Source: an uncultured Alphaproteobacteria bacterium
GTDB taxonomy: Bacteria; Pseudomonadota; Alphaproteobacteria; Rhizobiales; Beijerinckiaceae
Reading direction: 5' to 3'
Length of the DNA stretch: 64,000 nucleotides
Assembly (NCBI GenBank): GCA_963822215.1
Contig: CAWGGX010000014.1
Span: 39,935 to 103,934, forward strand
Under the pieces are notes generated by a model. It was given only the letters and a program-made list of their open reading frames with translations. It was not told the origin of the DNA and did no database searches. Positions 58,106 to 64,000 of this stretch are shown here, piece by piece. Positions within the stretch are counted from its first letter, which is position 1. The number at the start of each line of letters is the position of its first letter. A program made the position numbers and the translations under genes.

Positions 58106-59284
58106 TCAATAGCTTTTTGGCAGCTCCAGCACCTTTTCGGCGATGAAGCTCAGGATCAGTTGCTCGGTGATCGGCGCGAGGCGCGTCAGCGCCGCTTCGC
58201 GGTAGAGGCGTTCGACGTGATATTCCTTGGCGTAGCCGAACCCGCCATGGGTCACGATGGACTGCCAGGCAGCGTCGTGCCCGGCTCGTGCGCCGAGGAA
58301 TTTTGCGCTGTTGGCCTCGGCGCCGCAGGGGCGGCCCGTGTCGTAAAGCTCGGCCGCCTTCATCGCCATGAGCCAGGCCGACTCGAGATACATCCATTTC
58401 TCGGCAAGCGGATGCTGGATCCCCTGGTTCTGGCCGATCGGCCGGTCGAAGACGACGCGCTCCTTCGCGTAACGCGTGGCGCGGCGCAGCGCGTCCTGTC
58501 CGATCCCGATCGCCTCGACCGCGATCAGGATGCGCTCGGGATTCAGGCTGTGCAGGATGTAGGAGAAGCCCTTCCCCTCCTCGCCGATGCGGTCTTCCTC
58601 CGGCACAAAAAGGCCGTCGATGAAGATCGCGTTGGAGTCGACCGCCTTGCGTCCCATCTTCGGGATCCGCTTGACGTCGATCTTCGACCGGTCGAGGTCG
58701 GTGTAGAAGATCGTGATTCCGTCGGTCGGGCGTTTGCAGTCTTCGTATTTCGTGGTGCGCGTCAGCAGCATGATCTTGCTCGCGACCTGCGCGGTCGATG
58801 TCCAGACCTTCTGGCCCCGAACGACGTAGCCGCCGGGAGCTTTCTCGGCGAAGGTCTTGATGCGGGTCGTGTTGAGGCCCGAATCCGGCTCGGTGAAGCC
58901 GAAGGCGCACTGGTCCTGCCCGGAGATCAGCCGCGGCACCCATCGCGCCTTCTGTTCTGGCGTGCCCTTTACGACGATCGGGTGGGGCCCGAAGAGATTG
59001 ATGTGCACCGTCGAGGCGGCGGCCATGGCGCCGCCGTGGCTCGCGACCTCGTGCATCATGACGGCCGCTTCGATGACGCCGAGACCGGCGCCGCCATATT
59101 CCTCCGGCATGGTGATCCCGAGCCACCCGGCCTCAGCCATCGCGCGATGAAATTCGCGCGGGAAAGCGCCGTCGTCATCGCGCGCTAGCCAGTAATCGTC
59201 GCCGAACCTCGAGACGACGGCGCGCACGCCTTCCCGGATGGCGCTCAGTTCCTCCTCGCCCGGCAGGGTCCTGCTTTCGCTCAT
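58106..59284 (-). CDS. Acyl-CoA dehydrogenase
   Basis: FGFTEPDSG, GQKVWTS and HGGFGYAKEYHVER motifs. Confidence 0.93.
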   Translation of the reverse strand: MSESRTLPGEEELSAIREGVRAVVSRFGDDYWLARDDDGAFPREFHRAMAEAGWLGITMPEEYGGAGLGVIEAAVMMHEVASHGGAMAAASTVHINLFGPHPIVVKGTPEQKARWVPRLISGQDQCAFGFTEPDSGLNTTRIKTFAEKAPGGYVVRGQKVWTSTAQVASKIMLLTRTTKYEDCKRPTDGITIFYTDLDRSKIDVKRIPKMGRKAVDSNAIFIDGLFVPEEDRIGEEGKGFSYILHSLNPERILIAVEAIGIGQDALRRATRYAKERVVFDRPIGQNQGIQHPLAEKWMYLESAWLMAMKAAELYDTGRPCGAEANSAKFLGARAGHDAAWQSIVTHGGFGYAKEYHVERLYREAALTRLAPITEQLILSFIAEKVLELPKSY

Positions 59285-59301
59285 GGTGGAGCTTCCTCCG
59301 T

Positions 59302-60162
59302 TCAGATGGCCGCTAGCGTCTTCTGCGCCGCCTTCAAGTGCGGGATGTCGACCATCTTGCCGTCGATCCCAAGCGTTCCCGCGCCAGGGTTGGCGGCGAA
59401 AGCCTCGACAATTCGTCGCGCATGCGCGATCTCTGCTTCCGACGGCGCGTAGCAGCGGTTGATGGTTGCGACCTGGTCCGGATGGATCGCCATGCGGCCC
59501 AGGAATCCGTCGCGGCGCGAACGGCGGCAGTCAAGTTCGAGCCCCTCCGTGTCGCGAAAGTCGGCATGGATCGTGTCGATCGGGGTGACCTCGGCGGCGC
59601 CGGCCGCGAAGAGGCATTGCGTGCGTGCGACCTGGTACGGAAAGGTCCAGCCGCCTTTTTCCCGGTTCTCCGTTGCGCCGAGCGCCGCGGCAAGGTCCTC
59701 CCCGCCCCACGTCAGCGCGGCGAGCCGCGGATGCGCAGGCGCGTAGGTGTGAAGGGCGAACATCGCCTTTGCCGTCTCGGTGGCGACGACCGCGATCTTG
59801 ACGGAGCCGACCGGCATCTCGGCCTTCGTCTCGAAGGCATCGAGATAGTGGCCGAAATGGACGATGTCCTCCACGCCGTTCGCTTTCGGAACGAGGACAC
59901 CATCGAGTCCCGGCTTCACCACGGCGGCGAGATCGTCGAGGGTCAGGCCCGTGTCGAGCGCATTGATGCGGACGAAGAAGGACCAGTCGCGCGGCTCCAC
60001 GTTTTCGAGAAGGCTCGCGACATGGGCGCGCGCCGCCGCCTTCTGGGCCGGCGCGACCGAGTCCTCGAGGTCGAGGATCAGCGCGTCGGCGCCGGACGCC
60101 TGCGCCTTGACGAACTTGCGTTCCGAATCGCCGGGAACGAACAGAAGCGAGCGAAGCCTCAT
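59302..60162 (-). CDS. CitE/HpcH family CoA-ester lyase
   Basis: RSLLFVPG, LDLEDSV, WGGEDL, AIHPDQ and DGKMVD.PH motifs. Confidence 0.92.
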   Translation of the reverse strand: MRLRSLLFVPGDSERKFVKAQASGADALILDLEDSVAPAQKAAARAHVASLLENVEPRDWSFFVRINALDTGLTLDDLAAVVKPGLDGVLVPKANGVEDIVHFGHYLDAFETKAEMPVGSVKIAVVATETAKAMFALHTYAPAHPRLAALTWGGEDLAAALGATENREKGGWTFPYQVARTQCLFAAGAAEVTPIDTIHADFRDTEGLELDCRRSRRDGFLGRMAIHPDQVATINRCYAPSEAEIAHARRIVEAFAANPGAGTLGIDGKMVDIPHLKAAQKTLAAI

Positions 60163-60611
60163 TGGGCCTTCCTAAGCATCAAGGCGACGCGCCGGCAGGA
60201 GCAGACAATCTCGCCGCGCTGATTGAACCCCTTGTGCTCGAAGGTCACGATCCCCTGCATCGGGCGCGACTTCGAGTCGCGTAAGGCGACCACCGTCGTC
60301 TCCGCGTGAATCGTGTCGCCGGCGAAGACCGGCTTTGGAAAGGCGACTTCCTCCCAGCCGAGGTTGCCGACCGTGGTGCCAAGCGTGGTGTCCAGCACCG
60401 ACAGGCCTACGACGAGTTCGAGCGTGAAGATGGAATTGACCAGCGGCTTCCCGAATTCGGTGGTCTTGGCGTATTCGTGGTCAATGTGGATGGCGGCCGG
60501 ATTGTGGGTCAGTGTCGAGAACAAAATATTGTCCATGTCGGTGACCGTGCGCCGCACCTCGTGCACGAAGGTCTGACCGATAGCGAATTCCTCGAAATAT
60601 TTTCCGCCCAA
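60159..60611 (-). CDS. MaoC family dehydratase
   Basis: GKYFEEF, THNPAAIHID and FPKPVFAGDT motifs; TTG start after AGAGGAGG. Confidence 0.9.
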   Translation of the reverse strand: MGGKYFEEFAIGQTFVHEVRRTVTDMDNILFSTLTHNPAAIHIDHEYAKTTEFGKPLVNSIFTLELVVGLSVLDTTLGTTVGNLGWEEVAFPKPVFAGDTIHAETTVVALRDSKSRPMQGIVTFEHKGFNQRGEIVCSCRRVALMLRKAQ

Positions 60612-60635
60612 AGTGGGGCCTCCTCTCTGACCATC

Positions 60636-61550
60636 TCAGTACGCCGTTTCGCTCGCATGCCCCGCGTTACGTGGCAGCACTCCTGCGATCCGATCAATCC
60701 AGGCCCGAAGTACGCCAAGGACTTCAAGCCGGTTGGTTTCGTTCATGACCTCGTGGCGCGCTCCGCCATAAACGTGCCACGACACGTTAGACAGACCCGC
60801 ATCCCGATAGCGATCCACAAGCGGGTGGAACCAGGCGAGCTTCGCGTTCACGGGGTCCAGATCGCCCACGAACAGAAACATCGGCAGGTCGCGGCGGATG
60901 CGCTTGAGCTCCGACGGGTCGGCAAGCCGTGATGCAACCGAGAACATCGAACCATAAGACTCCGGCGTCACCGTGAATCCGCAGAGTGGGTCGGCGATAT
61001 AGGCTTCGACCTCGGTCGGGTCGCGGCTCAGCCAGTCGAACGGCGTCCGAGCCGGTTCGAACGGCGCATTTAGGTCTTCGAGTTTCCACTGTCCGCTCAT
61101 AGCGGCGGCGCCCAGAAGGTCGAGCGCAGCTGAGCCCGAGAGAGCGACCCCGTCCACAAGGTCGCTATGATCGAGAATATAGAGCTGCGCGGCGAAGGAC
61201 CCCATGCTGTGGCCGAGCAGAAACACAGGTTTGCCGTCTGCTTGGCTCCGCGCCAAGTGGGTCACTTCGACCATGTCGGCGACAACCGCCGAAAAGCCTC
61301 CAGGGCCAAAGTCTCCCAAAGCGCCTGCGTCGGCGGCAAGCGCGCCATGGCCGCGATGATCGTTGGCGTAGAAGTCATAACCGCAACTCGCGAGCGCTTC
61401 GGCGACAGGGCGGTATCGAAGCGCGTGCTCGCCCATGCCATGCGCGATTTGGACGGCTCCTCGTTTCGGCAAAGCCCCTTCCCAGTGGTAAACCCTAGCT
61501 TTTCCTCCGTCAGCGGTTTTGATCGAATGAACCGTTTCAGCGATCGTCAT
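60636..61550 (-). CDS. Alpha/beta hydrolase (lysophospholipase-like)
   Basis: HGMGEH, DHRGHG, GHSMG nucleophile elbow and RHEVMNE motifs. Confidence 0.92.
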   Translation of the reverse strand: MTIAETVHSIKTADGGKARVYHWEGALPKRGAVQIAHGMGEHALRYRPVAEALASCGYDFYANDHRGHGALAADAGALGDFGPGGFSAVVADMVEVTHLARSQADGKPVFLLGHSMGSFAAQLYILDHSDLVDGVALSGSAALDLLGAAAMSGQWKLEDLNAPFEPARTPFDWLSRDPTEVEAYIADPLCGFTVTPESYGSMFSVASRLADPSELKRIRRDLPMFLFVGDLDPVNAKLAWFHPLVDRYRDAGLSNVSWHVYGGARHEVMNETNRLEVLGVLRAWIDRIAGVLPRNAGHASETAY

Positions 61551-61612
61551 TGGCGCTTCTCCCCACTGACTTGCCGCACGCTTTGCTCGGTGCGATTTCG
61601 AGACGCCGACGC

Positions 61613-62812
61613 TTAATGTAGGCGTCCAAAGATCGAGACCGCAGCGACGCTGTTGAACGGCGCGCCGCCGAGATTGTGGGTCAATCCGAAATCCACCCTG
61701 TCGAGTTGGCGCGGCCCGGCCCGCCCGAGAAGCTGCGTATAGATTTCGTAAGCCATGCGGAGCCCGGACGCGCCGACCGGGTGGCCGAAGCACTTGAGGC
61801 CGCCGTCCGGTTGGCAGGGCTGCGCGCCGCTGCGGTCGTAGCGGCCGTCTAGAATGTCGCGCGGCGCGGCCCCTTCCTCCGACAGGCCGAGGTCCTCCAT
61901 CGTCACGAGCTCCGTGATGGAAAAGCAGTCATGCACTTCGGTAAGGGACAGCTCTGTCGCCGGGTTACGCACGCCCGCCTCCGCGTAGGCGCGCTTCGCG
62001 GCCTCCCGCGTGTTCAGTACATAGGCGCCGTCCCAGGCGCCATATTGCATCTCCCAGCCATGACTGGCGGACAGCTGCACCGCCTTGACGGTAACAGGAT
62101 TGGCGACGCCGAGCCCTCTCGCAATCTCGGGCGTCGTGACAATGGCCGCCGCGGCGCCGTCGGACACGCCGCAGCAATCGTAGAGCCCGAGCGGGTCTGC
62201 GATCATCGGCGCCTTCAGGATCGTCTCGACGTCAACGGCCTTGCGCAGATGGGCGCGCGGATTGTGAACTGCGTTCTGATGGCTCTTCCAGCTCACATGC
62301 GCCATGGCCCGCTTGAGGTCGTCGCCGTTCAGTCGGTGTTTCGCTCCATAGGCGCCCGCAAGCTGGGCGAAGGAGCCGGGCGCGGAGCCATACGGAAGCC
62401 AGAGGTCGTTGGCGAGACCCTTGGTGCGCAGCGGCAGGCCGCCGTAACCAGTGTCTTTGAGCTTCTCGACGCCGAGCGCCAGCGCGAAATCGACTGCGCC
62501 AGCTGCAACGGCGTAGACCGCGGCGCGCAAGGCCTCGGACCCGGTCGCGCACATGTTCTCGACCCGCGAGACTGGGATTGTCTTCAGGCGCAGGGCATGC
62601 GCGAGCGGCAGCGCGCTGTTGCCGACATTGATGTCGTCGAGCGCATTGCCCATCCAGGCTGCCTGGACGTCGGAACGCGCGATCTTCGCATCCGCCAGCG
62701 CCTCCTCAAAGGCCTCGACCATGAGATCCTCCGGGCCCTTGTCCCAGTGTTCTCCAAAAGTCGTGCATCCCATCCCGACGATCGCGACCTTGTCCTTGAT
62801 CCCGCTTGCCAT
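61613..62812 (-). CDS. SCP2-type thiolase
   Basis: ENMCATG, EVHDCF and GGLKCFGHPVGASG motifs. Confidence 0.92.
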   Translation of the reverse strand: MASGIKDKVAIVGMGCTTFGEHWDKGPEDLMVEAFEEALADAKIARSDVQAAWMGNALDDINVGNSALPLAHALRLKTIPVSRVENMCATGSEALRAAVYAVAAGAVDFALALGVEKLKDTGYGGLPLRTKGLANDLWLPYGSAPGSFAQLAGAYGAKHRLNGDDLKRAMAHVSWKSHQNAVHNPRAHLRKAVDVETILKAPMIADPLGLYDCCGVSDGAAAAIVTTPEIARGLGVANPVTVKAVQLSASHGWEMQYGAWDGAYVLNTREAAKRAYAEAGVRNPATELSLTEVHDCFSITELVTMEDLGLSEEGAAPRDILDGRYDRSGAQPCQPDGGLKCFGHPVGASGLRMAYEIYTQLLGRAGPRQLDRVDFGLTHNLGGAPFNSVAAVSIFGRLH

Positions 62813-62815
62813 CTC

Positions 62816-64000
62816 TCAACCCTCGAGCAAGGGGCGCTCGGCCGGCGCCGCCTTCCAGAAATAGGTTCGAAAACCCCGACGCTGGTCGCGCGACTTGACG
62901 CGAAGGCGCATCCGCACCCAGTCGCCCACCGAAAAGCCTCGCAAGTCGTCGTCCGTGAATTCCATCATCACGCGGGCGCCGTTGTCGAACTGCGCGAGTC
63001 CGAACCAGAACGGCGGGTCGGGCGTGAAGTTCAACCGGTCTGCGGTCACGGACACAATGCGGGCCAAGTCGTCCGCAAGCCGGACGTCCTGCATCGAACT
63101 CGGGGCCATCGGCGTCGGGCCGGACGGGAATGCGGCTCTTCGGAAACTGCACGTTTCCGGCCGCGTCGCGACCGCCGACGAAGCCGATCATGTCGCGCCC
63201 GTAGCGCGCGATAACGGTGGCCTGCGCCTTCTGCTCGAACTCCGAGCGAACGCCCCAATCGAGTTCGAGCGCGCCGTTGAGACTAAGGAAACGAACATAG
63301 TCGCCGAAAGCCAGCCCCTGCCGTAGGGCCTCCTCCGCCGATCCGGCGCCCGGCATTGGGGCCGTCATTTCCAGCACCAGCGCGTCACAACCGCTTCCGA
63401 ACCCTGCCAGCAGAATGCGTTCTCCCGGTATGGCCCGCGCGGCTGCGAGCGCAAACGCGAAGAGGCCATGAGCGGCGCCGAGATCGCCGAGCGCCGCCGC
63501 CACGTCGGACGCATGGTTCGGGGTGGTGATCCCGGTCACGCGGCCGATCTCGCGCCACAGGCCCGCAAGCGGCTCGTGGACGGCGGCGTGATGGATGTCG
63601 GAGGGACTAAGTCCCGCCATCGCGAGCGCCTTGCGGATGGTCGGCGCGAAAATCGTCGAGACGGCGGTCTCGCGTACGAACCGCTCTTCATAGGCGTAGG
63701 GCTCGGGGTGCTCGCGCGACGCGTAGATGTCCACGAGATCGTGAGAGAGGCTGGCCCATCCGATAAGACGGGCAGCGCCGTCCTCGGCGACCATTGCCGC
63801 GGCGCCCCCATCGCCCTGCAACAGGTGCAGCGGCGAGCCTGCGCGACCTGGCCGCCTTTCGCCAGCCGCGACGAGGGCGGACCCCGGCGCAAGCAGGGCG
63901 TCGAGCAGCGCCGAGACGGCGCAGCGCCGCGAGCCCGAGACGTCCCTGGCCCGCGTTTCCGCTGGCAGCGCCAGCGCGTCCACGACGAGCGCCGCGTGAA
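62816..64000 (-). CDS. HMG-CoA-synthase-like + DUF35 OB-fold fusion, 5'-truncated, +1 frameshift near 63097
   Basis: GDGGAAA, GD.GAAH and GFGSGCDA, then VQFPK; TAD.L..TPDPP and YFWKAAP in the next frame. Confidence 0.8.

Noticed and set aside
1-64000. tRNA, rRNA, CRISPR array, integron attC sites
   Set aside because: No such sequences or regularly spaced repeats recognised by eye; a covariance-model scan would be needed to exclude small RNAs

Overview
High-GC window that looks like an accessory or plasmid-like region of an alphaproteobacterium (inferred from the gene content, e.g. the DUF1403-scpB pair). Five blocks are visible. (1) 1-16260: LacI-controlled catabolic region with two sugar-type ABC transporters, a lactonase, an FMN alpha-hydroxy-acid oxidase, an M20 deacylase and a phosphotriesterase/GATase-like/PfkB/BtpA/TenA_E run. 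(2) 16536-26828: an IS6 element, an orphan helical protein, a gluconolactonase-isochorismatase fusion, a third sugar ABC transporter and an EamA gene. (3) 26983-31884: a partly decayed phosphate cluster (ppk2 pseudogene, NUDIX, Na/Pi cotransporter, phoU, phoB). (4) 32195-46810: a candidate defence island with a RelE-like/SF1 helicase/ankyrin protein, DUF1403-scpB, an ApeA-like HEPN protein, an AbiE-type toxin-antitoxin pair, a PHP-ATPase stub, a TPR-HEPN protein, a DUF6650-like protein and an REase-like protein. Two ISKra4-family copies sit in it, and their 9-bp flanks suggest an inversion. (5) 47253-64000: a large acyl-CoA/beta-oxidation-like cluster including an LvaAB-like kinase module. Several single-base frameshifts may be assembly errors. 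No rRNA, tRNA or CRISPR array was seen. All family assignments come from motif recognition by eye, not from database searches.
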